Of a stretch of DNA of 64,000 bases, positions 46,806 through 56,378 are shown in pieces. The DNA comes from Candidatus Roizmanbacteria bacterium. GTDB lineage: Bacteria > Patescibacteriota > Microgenomatia > UBA1406. A program made the translations under genes and the position numbers. Below the pieces are notes generated by a model. That model was not told the DNA's origin and did not search any database. It saw only the letters and a program-made list of their open reading frames with translations. Numbering within the stretch: position 1 is the first letter of the stretch; every line of letters begins with the position of its first letter. The stretch is from the NCBI GenBank assembly GCA_024654535.1, contig JANLHL010000038.1, positions 105,581 through 169,580 of the forward strand, given 5' to 3'.

Positions 46806-47141
46806 ATGAAGGGGATCGTCATAATTTTAATGCGTGCGTTAGCTGTCGTCATAACTTCTTATGTTATTCCTGGTGTACAAGTTGAAAATTTTCTTACCGC
46901 TATCGCCGTTGCGGTTGTTTTAGGCATTTTAAATACGCTTATTCGTCCGCTATTGGTACTACTTACACTTCCTATCACCGTTTTAACATTTGGTCTATTT
47001 ACATTAGTTATTAATACGCTACTCATATATTTTACGAGTGTACTCGTACCGGGATTTAAAGTTGATAGTTTCTTAACGGCATTCTTTTTCGGTATAGTCT
47101 TGTCTATTACAAACTGGTTTCTGAATACATTAACTCGCTGA
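46806..47141 (+). CDS. YvlD/DUF360 (phage-holin-4_2 family) 4-TM membrane protein
   Basis: 111 aa. VIPGVQVENFLTAIAVAVVLGILNTLIRPLL...LTFGLFTLVINTLL...VPGFKVDSF is the family pattern. Confidence 0.7.
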   Translation: MKGIVIILMRALAVVITSYVIPGVQVENFLTAIAVAVVLGILNTLIRPLLVLLTLPITVLTFGLFTLVINTLLIYFTSVLVPGFKVDSFLTAFFFGIVLSITNWFLNTLTR

Positions 47142-47151
47142 GGAGTCTTTC

Positions 47152-47643
47152 ATGAAAATAGCAATTCTGTCCGACTCCCATGATAATTGGGAAAAGCTTA
47201 AACAGGGGGTGGAATCGGCAAATAAAAACAAATGCAGACAACTTTTTTTTGTCGGCGATCTCATTTCTCCTCCTGGTGTATCTATACTTGAGCAATTTAA
47301 GGGGAAAGTATTTATGGTATTTGGGAATAATGAAGGAGAAAAAGTGGCCCTAACACGTCTGATAGATACTTCTGAGACGATTACGCTTACAGGTGATATC
47401 TATGAAACGACTGTCGATGGAATCCGTTTTTTTATGAATCATTATCCCCGAATAAGTGAGCTTGCAGCACTTTCAGGTGAGTTTGACGTATGTATCCACG
47501 GACATAATCACGAATATAGAAATGAGAAAGTAGGTAATACAAGATTATTAAATCCTGGAGAAATTCAAGGATATAAGACTGGTGTATCTACATATATTAT
47601 TTTTGATACAAAAGTTCGTACAGTTCAAAAAATAACGTTATAA
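47152..47643 (+). CDS. YfcE/MJ0936-family metallophosphoesterase
   Basis: IAILSDSHDN, VGDLISP, GNNEG, HGHNHE: the four metal-binding blocks. Confidence 0.8.
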   Translation: MKIAILSDSHDNWEKLKQGVESANKNKCRQLFFVGDLISPPGVSILEQFKGKVFMVFGNNEGEKVALTRLIDTSETITLTGDIYETTVDGIRFFMNHYPRISELAALSGEFDVCIHGHNHEYRNEKVGNTRLLNPGEIQGYKTGVSTYIIFDTKVRTVQKITL

Positions 47644-47730
47644 ATAGTATAAAAAAGTATGTTGCGAGGTGTTTTTATTGGTAGACTACCAACCCATTTT
47701 CAGGTTAACCCCTTGATTAAGGTCTATATA

Positions 47731-48270
47731 ATGGCAGAAACTATTCTATTTTCTGCGTACAATGCTGTTGTCCCTATATTTGCTGTTTTTGTTACCAACA
47801 ATATCTCAGGAGGAAGCGTAGAGATTGCAGCATCGAGTTACAGTACCTACCTTATTTTCCGTGTTTTATTTGAAATTGTAAGTGGTATGAAAATAGCTAA
47901 GATTAGTGAGAAGGCAAAAATAGTGGTAACTATGCTCGGCATAACTATAGTCTCTGTATCTTATATAGGATTTGCCTTAAGTACAACGATATGGATGATT
48001 TTTATATTTTTTGCTGTAATGGGCATAGGTTTAGGAATTGCTTCTCCTGCAAAAAACTCATTATTTTCAACTCATTTAGACAAACACAGAGAATCAACAG
48101 AATGGGCAATGCTTGATGCGGCTGTATTTACCGGTATGGCACTTTCAGCAAGCTTGGGTGGGTTTATTGCCATGCGCTATGGATTTCCACTTTTATTCTA
48201 TGTTGTTGCCGGAATAACCACCCTGTCTCTCATACCTTATGGTGCATATCTGGGTTCGAGCAAGACATAG
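47731..48270 (+). CDS. six-helix MFS-like half-transporter (or truncated MFS gene)
   Basis: About 180 aa from the ATG at 47731 with 6 hydrophobic helices. It resembles a single MFS half (GIGLGIASPAKNSLFS...). No partner half lies upstream; 47152-47643 is unrelated. Confidence 0.4.
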   Translation: MAETILFSAYNAVVPIFAVFVTNNISGGSVEIAASSYSTYLIFRVLFEIVSGMKIAKISEKAKIVVTMLGITIVSVSYIGFALSTTIWMIFIFFAVMGIGLGIASPAKNSLFSTHLDKHRESTEWAMLDAAVFTGMALSASLGGFIAMRYGFPLLFYVVAGITTLSLIPYGAYLGSSKT

Positions 48271-48347
48271 ATCAAGCGTTTGACAAATATTTTTATTACT
48301 TATTTTCATGTGGTATTATATCTATAATTAATCATTACCTATAATCT

Positions 48348-48638
48348 ATGCCACCAAAAAAAAGCACCAGCAAAAGAAAGCCGTATGCGCAGCCAGATGA
48401 ATTCAGGGTACGCGGGGAACAGCTCGTCACAAAAGTAAAAAGTCTTATTCAAGAGGGGAATGTACGACGTATTTCTATTCTAGATAGCAAAGATAATGTT
48501 ATTGTGGAATTTCCATTAACGTTGGGGATAGCAGCTGCTGTTATTGCACCAGTCTTAGCTGCCCTCGGTGCGTTGACCGCTCTATTGACAGAGTGCACCA
48601 TAAAAGTAGAAAGAAAGAAAAGCAAAAAGCTGAAATAA
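48348..48638 (+). CDS. DUF4342-like small protein
   Basis: DEFRVRGEQLVTKVKSLIQEGNVRRISILDSKDNVIVEFPLTLGIAAAVIAPVLAALGALTALLTECTIKVER matches the DUF4342 pattern from recall. Confidence 0.6.
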   Translation: MPPKKSTSKRKPYAQPDEFRVRGEQLVTKVKSLIQEGNVRRISILDSKDNVIVEFPLTLGIAAAVIAPVLAALGALTALLTECTIKVERKKSKKLK

Positions 48639-48687
48639 CTTTTCAGACTATCCGGTTTTTTTTTATCGATTGAGTTATAATCCCACT

Positions 48688-49893
48688 ATGTCAGCTTCAA
48701 TAATAACGTGTCCGCATTGCCATAAAGAAATAGAACTTTCCCAAGCTTTTTCTCACCAGCTCGAGGATCAATATAAGAATAAATTCGAACAGGACAAGCA
48801 AGCGTGGGAAAAAGAAAAAGAACAGCTGCAAAAAAACCTGACCCGCCAGACAGAGCAAATCAAAAAAGAGATGTGGGAAAAGGCAAAAGTTGCTGCTGGT
48901 GATAAAAATAAACAAGAGCTTTCAGTCCTTAAACAAGAGCTTCTTGATCGTGATAAAGAGCTTGATGAAAAAAGAAAAGAAGAATTGGAACTGCGCAGAG
49001 AAAAAAGAAGACTTGAAGACGAACGGAAAGAACTGGAGCTTACCGTTGAGAAAAAATTAGATACAGAACGCAGACAAATTCAAGAGGATGTGGCCAAACA
49101 AATACGGGAAGAAAATAAACTGAGGAATATGGAGCGAGAAAAACAGCTCGAAGATGCTCGGCGTGCGAATGAAGATTTACGTAGAAAACTTGAACAAGGA
49201 TCACAGCAGATGCAAGGAGAGGTATTAGAGCTGGAATTGGAAGAAATGCTTCGAAATGAATTTGTCTATGATGAAATCAACGAGGTGCCAAAGGGTGTAC
49301 GTGGTGCAGATGTTCTTCAGATAGTACGTGATAGAAGTGGTCGGAAATGTGGCACGATTGTATGGGAATCGAAGCGTACCAAAGCATGGACAGATTCATG
49401 GATAGCAAAGTTGAAAGAAGATCAGAGAGCGGTAAAAGCAGAGCTAGCTGTGATTGTCAGCAACATATTACCAAAGGATATTAAGTATTTTGGGGTGAAA
49501 GATACTATTTGGATATCAAGTTACGAAACTGTTCTTGCAGTATCTGCTACTCTGCGTTCAACTCTTATTAAAGTTGCTGCAGCTCAACAATCTCAGGTTG
49601 GAAAAAATGAAAAAACGGAGCTTTTATATCAGTATTTAACAGGTACAGAGTTTAAGCAACGAGTTGAAGGTATTGTTGAATCGTTTATTCAGATGAAAGA
49701 TGATTTAGAACGTGAAAAACGTGCCTTTACAAAGATGTGGGCAAAGAGAGAAAAACAAATAGAACAAGTAGTACACAATACTGTTGGAATGCATGGCGAT
49801 TTGCAAGGTTTCATGGGTGCGTCATTACCAGAGATTCGCAATTTAGAACTGCCGAGTGGAGAAGAGAGTATGGATGAAGATAAGCTGTTTTAA
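48688..49893 (+). CDS. DUF2130-like protein: N-terminal zinc ribbon, long coiled coil, C-terminal PD-(D/E)xK-like domain
   Basis: ITCPHCHKEIEL, then about 170 aa of E/K/R/L-rich coiled coil, then GADVLQIVRDRSGRKCGTIVWESKRTKAW (D...ExK-like). ATG at 48688; the track start is TTG at 48670. Confidence 0.62.
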   Translation: MSASIITCPHCHKEIELSQAFSHQLEDQYKNKFEQDKQAWEKEKEQLQKNLTRQTEQIKKEMWEKAKVAAGDKNKQELSVLKQELLDRDKELDEKRKEELELRREKRRLEDERKELELTVEKKLDTERRQIQEDVAKQIREENKLRNMEREKQLEDARRANEDLRRKLEQGSQQMQGEVLELELEEMLRNEFVYDEINEVPKGVRGADVLQIVRDRSGRKCGTIVWESKRTKAWTDSWIAKLKEDQRAVKAELAVIVSNILPKDIKYFGVKDTIWISSYETVLAVSATLRSTLIKVAAAQQSQVGKNEKTELLYQYLTGTEFKQRVEGIVESFIQMKDDLEREKRAFTKMWAKREKQIEQVVHNTVGMHGDLQGFMGASLPEIRNLELPSGEESMDEDKLF

Positions 49894-51659
49894 TATATAT
49901 CGTACTCTTGAAGCAATTTCTTGTTTCCCTCAAGTTGGTATTTGAGTAAATCTGAATAAATACCAGGTCGCTTTGCTAAATCTTTTGGACTACCTTGATC
50001 TGCAATACCATCCTCATCGAGGACTATAATTCTGTCAACACTTTGAATTGTTGATAGTCTATGCGCTATCATGATTACCAATTTTTCTTTCATAAGATTT
50101 TCTAGACCGGTCTGTACTTCATGTTCTGAGTGAGAATCAAGATTACTTGTTGCTTCGTCGAGGATTAATATGGGTGCGTTGGCGAGTATGGCACGGGCAA
50201 TTTGTATACGCTGTTTCTGCCCGCCAGATAAACGTACTCCACGCTCTCCAATTGCAGAGTGTAGCTTCTTAGGCAATTTCATAACAAAATCATACGCATT
50301 CGCTAGCTTGAGTGCCTGTACTATAGATTTTTCCGACGCATCTGATTTTCCATATGCAACATTCTCTTGTATAGTTGTTGAGAAGAGTTCGCTTTCTTGG
50401 AAGACGAGTGACATATTGTGTCGGATAAAATTGTGGGTTAGTTGACTATATTCCTTATTATCTAACAATATTGACCCTTCTGTTGGTTCATAAAGCTTTA
50501 AAATAAGATTTATGAGAGTTGTTTTTCCAACACCACTGTGACCGACGAGTGCAATCTTTTCATTTTTATTAATAGTAAAAGATATATTTTTTAATACTAT
50601 GTTTGAATCTTGATAAGAAAAACTGACATTGCGAAACTGTATTGTAGGACGTTTCACATAGTTATGTGGATATGGTTTATCAAACAGTTCTGTCGATGGG
50701 AGGTCAAGTATTTCTAAAAATTCTTTCGAACCACTCTCTGCTGTTTGTATTTGTGTGAGAATAAACGACATAGCAAATAGTGGGCGCCTCGCTTGATTTA
50801 AAAGCTGAATTATAAGCACCATTTCTCCTAAAGTGAGCAATCCATTGAATGTTTGATAAAAAACTATGTATGTTACTATACCGAGTACAGATATAAGACT
50901 TAAGTTCCTTAGAAAATCGAATATGTGAAATGTTGTACTCTGGCGAGCATAAATTTCATTTATATCTATCAGTTTTTTAGATACCGTTTTGTATTCTCTT
51001 GACTGTGTATTAAATCCTTTTACAAGCCGTATATTTCCTATCACTTCTCGAATACGACCACGAGTATAATCTTCTATTTTATTTTTTTTAACTTCTTCGA
51101 CACCCCATTTTTTTGTGGAATAATAACTAAGTGTCAGATATATAGGGAATATAAGTGCGGTGAAGAGTGCGATGCTAAGGTTGTAGTAAGCCATAAGAGC
51201 TATAGTGAAAACCGTTTGTACAATGGTGGGCAGCATAAAATTTGACGCAGTATTTGCAAAACTCTGTATTGTTACAATACCGCGATTTAATTGGTTTACT
51301 ATTTTTCCGGATATTTCAGAATCGAAATACGTTTGTGGCAGCGTGAGAATTTTAAAATAAAATTTTTCAGTAAGAAATTGTCTGAGTTTACCTGCAAAGT
51401 GATCTCCTAAACGATCTGTCAACGTACCCACAATAGTAGATATTAAGCTCATTGCAAAAATTGCTAGAACCAATTGAATGAGTGAATTAATAGTACCCCC
51501 GTGTCCACTTATTTTCGCACCAATTATATCAACCGCATATTTTGAGAGTATGGGGCTTATAAGATCGAGAACGGCACCTATTAAAATGAGACACGCTAAT
51601 AGATATGCCAATTTATGTAATGGTTTTGATAGTCGTATAATTTTTGCAATATTTCTCAT
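49890..51659 (-). CDS. ABC exporter, fused permease/ATPase (MsbA/ABCB-type half transporter)
   Basis: Six N-terminal TM helices. Walker A GHSGVGKTT, signature LSGGQKQRIQIARA, Walker B ILILDEATSNLD. ATG at 51659. Confidence 0.85.
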   Translation of the reverse strand: MRNIAKIIRLSKPLHKLAYLLACLILIGAVLDLISPILSKYAVDIIGAKISGHGGTINSLIQLVLAIFAMSLISTIVGTLTDRLGDHFAGKLRQFLTEKFYFKILTLPQTYFDSEISGKIVNQLNRGIVTIQSFANTASNFMLPTIVQTVFTIALMAYYNLSIALFTALIFPIYLTLSYYSTKKWGVEEVKKNKIEDYTRGRIREVIGNIRLVKGFNTQSREYKTVSKKLIDINEIYARQSTTFHIFDFLRNLSLISVLGIVTYIVFYQTFNGLLTLGEMVLIIQLLNQARRPLFAMSFILTQIQTAESGSKEFLEILDLPSTELFDKPYPHNYVKRPTIQFRNVSFSYQDSNIVLKNISFTINKNEKIALVGHSGVGKTTLINLILKLYEPTEGSILLDNKEYSQLTHNFIRHNMSLVFQESELFSTTIQENVAYGKSDASEKSIVQALKLANAYDFVMKLPKKLHSAIGERGVRLSGGQKQRIQIARAILANAPILILDEATSNLDSHSEHEVQTGLENLMKEKLVIMIAHRLSTIQSVDRIIVLDEDGIADQGSPKDLAKRPGIYSDLLKYQLEGNKKLLQEYDIY

Positions 51660-51778
51660 GTGACAAGTATACCGCGAAAACGTATTTATAGAGAAAGCCA
51701 TTTATTTGAGTATACTCATACTGGTTTGCACAGAATTGTGGAGTATAATTGAATTAGTTATTAAAAATTAGTAAAAAA

Positions 51779-52276
51779 ATGAAACTACTAAAACTGATCG
51801 GAGTAATGATTATTGTTAGCTTTATTGTAGGTGCAACAAATGTTCGAGCACAAGGGATGATGGGAGGCTACGTATCAGATACTAAGGAGGCAACCACAAG
51901 TAGCGCAAAGTGTGATAAACCAGATTCGTATTACGAAAATATAGGCGACAAATATATGAGTGGTATGATGGGAGAAGAAGCAGATAAAGCAGCAGAAGAT
52001 CGAATGGGGAAGGACATATCAAGAGATATGCATATTCGTATGGGGAAGTCTCAAGACGGTTGTTTGGTTGGTGCAAATACCGATGGTACTTGGATGAGGG
52101 ATTTAACCCATGGACTGGGGTATCCTATGATGGGGGGCGCGGCGGGATATAGATTTGCATATCCAGACCATAGTTGGGTCATGGGAATATTTTGCTTTGC
52201 TACTTGGGTCGCGCTTCTATCGTTTCTTGTGAGCGGCACGCTGTTCTTTGTGCACTCAATGCAGAAGAAAAAATAA
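51779..52276 (+). CDS. secreted Met/Gly-rich protein with C-terminal TM anchor
   Basis: Signal peptide MKLLKLIGVMIIVSFIVGATNVRA. Repeated MMGG / MSGMMGEE / YPMMGGAAGY motifs. C-terminal TM helix plus KKK. Confidence 0.45.
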   Translation: MKLLKLIGVMIIVSFIVGATNVRAQGMMGGYVSDTKEATTSSAKCDKPDSYYENIGDKYMSGMMGEEADKAAEDRMGKDISRDMHIRMGKSQDGCLVGANTDGTWMRDLTHGLGYPMMGGAAGYRFAYPDHSWVMGIFCFATWVALLSFLVSGTLFFVHSMQKKK

Positions 52277-52303
52277 AGCGAGCGCACTTGCTATACTGTT
52301 TTT

Positions 52304-53125
52304 ATGTCGAAGATACTTGTCATGAAATCGGATGGAACAACAGAACATTTTAGCGCAAATAAGGTTCGACATGCTATAGAACGTGCCGGTATTCCTGCGT
52401 CAATGAGCGAGCGGGTTTTGGACCATATTAGGAGTATTGCCTATCAGAATATTACGACAACCGAGATTCATAGACACATTGTTGAATTTCTATCGTATTC
52501 ATATCCTCAAGGAGTATGCCGATTTAACTTAAAAAATGCCATAATGCGTCTTGGTCCGACCGGGTTTCCATTCGAGCGTTTCGTGGCACGGTTACTTGAA
52601 AAGCATGGGTACAAGACAGAAGTTGATATATATGTCTTGGGTCAGTGTGTGAAACATGAGGTAGATGTTTTAGCAACGAAAGAAAACGATACGTATTTTG
52701 TAGAGTGTAAGTATCATAATCATAGCGGCATTCGATCAGATATAAAAACAGCACTTTACGTGTATGCGCGCGGTGAAGATTTGAAGCAAGGTAAAAAAGG
52801 TACTGACGGCACGTACGAACCGTGGCTTTTTACCAACACTAAGCTTACAGGAGATGCGATAGCATTTGGTGAATGTCGATCGATGCGTATCACTGGTTGG
52901 GGATACCCTACACACAACAATTTGCAGGATATGGTAGAAGAAAAAAAATGTTATCCCATAACTGTACTTTCTTCTATTTCACTTATTCACATGCAACAGT
53001 TGCTGAAGGAAAACATTGTGATGATACAGGATATTACCCAAAGTCCTGCTGTTTTAGAAACGTTAGACATTGGATATATACGACGACATGCGCTTTTGGA
53101 AGAAATTGAACAATTGAGCGCTTAG
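52304..53125 (+). CDS. ATP-cone domain fused to Mrr-like (PD-(D/E)xK) restriction-endonuclease-fold domain
   Basis: The N-terminal region KILVMKSDGTTEHFSANKVRHAIERAGIP is an ATP-cone. The middle region FERFVARLLEKHGYKTEV...HEVDVLATKENDTYFVECKYH carries the Mrr_cat D...ExK core. Confidence 0.7.
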   Translation: MSKILVMKSDGTTEHFSANKVRHAIERAGIPASMSERVLDHIRSIAYQNITTTEIHRHIVEFLSYSYPQGVCRFNLKNAIMRLGPTGFPFERFVARLLEKHGYKTEVDIYVLGQCVKHEVDVLATKENDTYFVECKYHNHSGIRSDIKTALYVYARGEDLKQGKKGTDGTYEPWLFTNTKLTGDAIAFGECRSMRITGWGYPTHNNLQDMVEEKKCYPITVLSSISLIHMQQLLKENIVMIQDITQSPAVLETLDIGYIRRHALLEEIEQLSA

Positions 53126-53176
53126 TAACGAAAACCTCAAATTGCATTCTAACCTATAGTATTATATAATTTCTTT

Positions 53177-54064
53177 ATGAAATTCAGTGAAACTATGCCT
53201 TATACAGGATGGCCTGTAAATTCTTCTTTTAGGTGGAGATATGCTATGGAGATAGGCCCAGAGACTTACGTTCCGAAAACTGAAAGTATACTCTGTAATC
53301 ACACAGGTGATTATGGAACAGATGTACTTTGCAATGAACACGCAGACTCTTTACGATTACTCGAACCTCTCACACTCTCAGAAATGTTTCCGCTACATGG
53401 ATTGGAGCAATTATACATGCAGCGGATCAATGAGTTATTAGAGCAAGGAAAAAACGAATCGCCAGTTGTTGTACTTGATGTGGGAGGTATGCTCGGACAC
53501 TCATGGGCACGCTTAGCTCATGTTTTTAGAGAAGAAGTCCAACAATCGAAAGTTGCCTTTGTTGTTTCGAATGCCCGTTTTTATCCTGAATTTGATATTA
53601 CAGATTTTGTTACCCCGCGTGAAAGACATTTCTTAGAGTTCTTTGATATTACCAAACAATATATGCATTATGTTGTTGGAACAGTGAGCAAACTTAGACA
53701 TCTCGAAATAACTCTACCAAACGGCAAGAGTCTTCCCTTAGCAAAAAATGTAGATATTATTAATGAACGTAAAGCTGCCTCGTTTTGGACAAATGTACCG
53801 GAACTTGTAGTACCACAAATTGCCTCAATGCTTAGTGATGACGGACTTTATATTGCCGATAGTGGGCTGCATATATTGGGAGATCAATTACCTATAGATG
53901 CACCTCCTCATGAAAAAAGGTTGTTTCATGCATTTACTTTGGCACAGGAAAATTTATGTTTGGATAGAGTATCAAGGATAGAAGCGGGGAACTATATAGG
54001 TAGCCACATACCTAACAGAATGGTTCTTCGGAAGGAAAATGCACCACTAGTAAGTTTGAGCTAG
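53177..54064 (+). CDS. hypothetical protein, possibly a degenerate Rossmann/methyltransferase-like fold
   Basis: 295 aa and soluble. The only suggestive motif is VVVLDVGGMLGHSW (resembles SAM motif I), with LSDDGLYIAD later. Weak call. Confidence 0.35.
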   Translation: MKFSETMPYTGWPVNSSFRWRYAMEIGPETYVPKTESILCNHTGDYGTDVLCNEHADSLRLLEPLTLSEMFPLHGLEQLYMQRINELLEQGKNESPVVVLDVGGMLGHSWARLAHVFREEVQQSKVAFVVSNARFYPEFDITDFVTPRERHFLEFFDITKQYMHYVVGTVSKLRHLEITLPNGKSLPLAKNVDIINERKAASFWTNVPELVVPQIASMLSDDGLYIADSGLHILGDQLPIDAPPHEKRLFHAFTLAQENLCLDRVSRIEAGNYIGSHIPNRMVLRKENAPLVSLS

Positions 54065-54127
54065 TGTTGCAAGACTGTTCAAAACACTTCGAGCTTAGGA
54101 GTATAGAAGATTTGATATCATGAGTAT

Positions 54128-55978
54128 ATGAACGAGAAAAAACTCATCGCTATTTCAAAACTTCTGCGTTACTACATACTCGTTTCAACAACTGCCGCTG
54201 GTTCTGGACATGTCTCATCTTCTTTATCTGCGGTTGAGCTTATGGCGACACTTTTTTTTAATTTTTACCGCTATGATCTGCAAAATACGAAAAATGTTGC
54301 TAATGACCGTCTTATTTTTTCAAAGGGTCATGCATCTCCTCTGTTCTATGCTCTTTATGCTGCGATAGGTGAATTATCAGAAGCAGACTTGTTGAAACTG
54401 CGAACATTTGATTCATCACTTGAAGGTCACCCGAGTATGCGATTTGCCTATACCGAAGCAGCCACTGGCAGCTTGGGTCAGGGCATATCTATTGCGCTTG
54501 GTATGGCATTGGCTAATCGTTTACAAGGCGTTACTCCTGAACCATATATATATGTGCTATTAGGCGATTCTGAGATGGCAGAGGGACAAGTGTGGGAGGC
54601 GCTTCAGGTTGCTTCATACTACAAACTTTCTCATATAGTAGGTATTGTTGATGTGAACAGACTCGGTCAACGAGGAGAAACTATGCTTGGGTGGGATGTT
54701 AAGACATACGCTGCACGTGCTGAAGCTTTTGGATGGAATGCAATTATTGTGAACAATGGTCACGAAAGTAAACAAATACAAACCGCATATAATAATGCCC
54801 TTTCACAAGAAAAAAAGCCCTCATTAATTTTTGCAAAAACAATAAAAGGCAAAGGCATTTCACTATTAGAAAACAAAGAGGATTGGCATGGAAAATCCTT
54901 GAGTGTACAAGAATTAAGAGAAGCACTTGAAGAGATAGGAGATATAGATACCCATGTATCAGAGCGTATTCATAAGCCCAAGAAAGTACTCATAAAGAGA
55001 GTAGAAAAACAGAGTAGTGAACAATTGTTCACTAAATATAAAAAAGGAGACACCATAGCAGTTCGTGAAGCATATGGTTATGCGCTTAGAATGCTTGGTC
55101 AACGTTATACTGACGTTGTTGCACTCGACGCTGAAATGTCTAATTCAACCTCTTCGGAAGAATTCAAAAGAGGTTTTCCAGCGCGTTTTTTTGAAATGTT
55201 TATTGCAGAACAAAATATGGTCAGTACCGCTGTTGGTATGGCACGGAGTGGCTATAAACCATTCGTATCCACATTTGGTGCTTTTCTTACTCGCGCGTTT
55301 GATCAGATTCGTATGGCACAGTATTCAAATGCAAATATTAAGCTTGTGGGTTCACATGTAGGCGTTTCGATAGGAAAAGATGGCCCTTCGCAAATGGCAC
55401 TAGAAGATATAGCAATGATGCGCAGTATTAATGAAAGTGTGGTGCTGTACCCATCTGACGCTGTATCTACTAGTCAAATTGTGAAAGCAATGTACAAACA
55501 TGTTGGTATTTCCTATTTACGTATGACTCGGGAAAAGACAAGAGTATTGTATGATAATAAAGACACTTTCTTTATTGGGGGTTCACATATTTTTCCGGCA
55601 GACGGTAGTGCTGATGCGCTCGTAGTGGCTGCTGGTATTACCTTGCATGAAGCGCTCTTTGCACAGGAAAGATTAAAAAAAATAGGTGTCTTCATAACTG
55701 TCATGGATTGCTATAGTATAAAGCCACTCGACAGGAGCACTCTTCGAGTACATGCCCGAGAAGCTCGATGTGTCGTTACCGTAGAAGATCACTATGTGTG
55801 TGGCGGTTTGGGAGAAGCGGTACAAAATGAGCTCTCCGGTTTACCAATTCATATTATTCAACTTGCTGTACGAAAACGGCCTAGAAGCGGCAGTATGGAC
55901 GATCTGTTGGCGTATGAAGGAATAAATGCTGATGCAATAGTAAACAGTGTTATAAGTTTAACGGGATTACATGAATGA
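54128..55978 (+). CDS. tkt: transketolase (full-length, three domains)
   Basis: 616 aa. Motifs AAGSGHVSSSLSAVELMATLFF, GSLGQGISIALGMALA, LGDSEMAEGQVWEA, FIAEQNMVSTAVGMA, plus a C-terminal domain. Confidence 0.85.
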   Translation: MNEKKLIAISKLLRYYILVSTTAAGSGHVSSSLSAVELMATLFFNFYRYDLQNTKNVANDRLIFSKGHASPLFYALYAAIGELSEADLLKLRTFDSSLEGHPSMRFAYTEAATGSLGQGISIALGMALANRLQGVTPEPYIYVLLGDSEMAEGQVWEALQVASYYKLSHIVGIVDVNRLGQRGETMLGWDVKTYAARAEAFGWNAIIVNNGHESKQIQTAYNNALSQEKKPSLIFAKTIKGKGISLLENKEDWHGKSLSVQELREALEEIGDIDTHVSERIHKPKKVLIKRVEKQSSEQLFTKYKKGDTIAVREAYGYALRMLGQRYTDVVALDAEMSNSTSSEEFKRGFPARFFEMFIAEQNMVSTAVGMARSGYKPFVSTFGAFLTRAFDQIRMAQYSNANIKLVGSHVGVSIGKDGPSQMALEDIAMMRSINESVVLYPSDAVSTSQIVKAMYKHVGISYLRMTREKTRVLYDNKDTFFIGGSHIFPADGSADALVVAAGITLHEALFAQERLKKIGVFITVMDCYSIKPLDRSTLRVHAREARCVVTVEDHYVCGGLGEAVQNELSGLPIHIIQLAVRKRPRSGSMDDLLAYEGINADAIVNSVISLTGLHE

Positions 55979-56378
55979 AGAATGCATATTCTGCAAAATT
56001 GTGAAGCACGAAATTCCAAGTTACTGCGTTTATGAAGACGCGAATTTTTACGGATTTTTAGATATAAGGCCATTAAACCTTGGGAACAGTTTGCTTATTC
56101 CAAAAAAACACTACCAATGGGTATATGACGTCCCCAATTTTGGGCATTTTTGGGAAGCGGCAAAAAAGATTGCGTTAGCAACTCAAAAAATTGTGAACAG
56201 TCACTCAGTAAATTTTTTAACACTTGGGTACGAAGTCCCTCATGCACACATACGAATTATTCCTCGTTTTGACAATGATGGACACACCGACGGTATACGG
56301 CTTAGCGCTGTCAAAGATATTTCAAAAAAAGAGATGTTAAAAGTTTCAAAAACTATTTATGAAGAAACTACACAATAA
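55971..56378 (+). CDS. HIT-family (histidine triad) nucleotide hydrolase/transferase
   Basis: CIFCKIV...; histidine triad VPHAHIRIIPR. Confidence 0.85.
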   Translation: MNEECIFCKIVKHEIPSYCVYEDANFYGFLDIRPLNLGNSLLIPKKHYQWVYDVPNFGHFWEAAKKIALATQKIVNSHSVNFLTLGYEVPHAHIRIIPRFDNDGHTDGIRLSAVKDISKKEMLKVSKTIYEETTQ

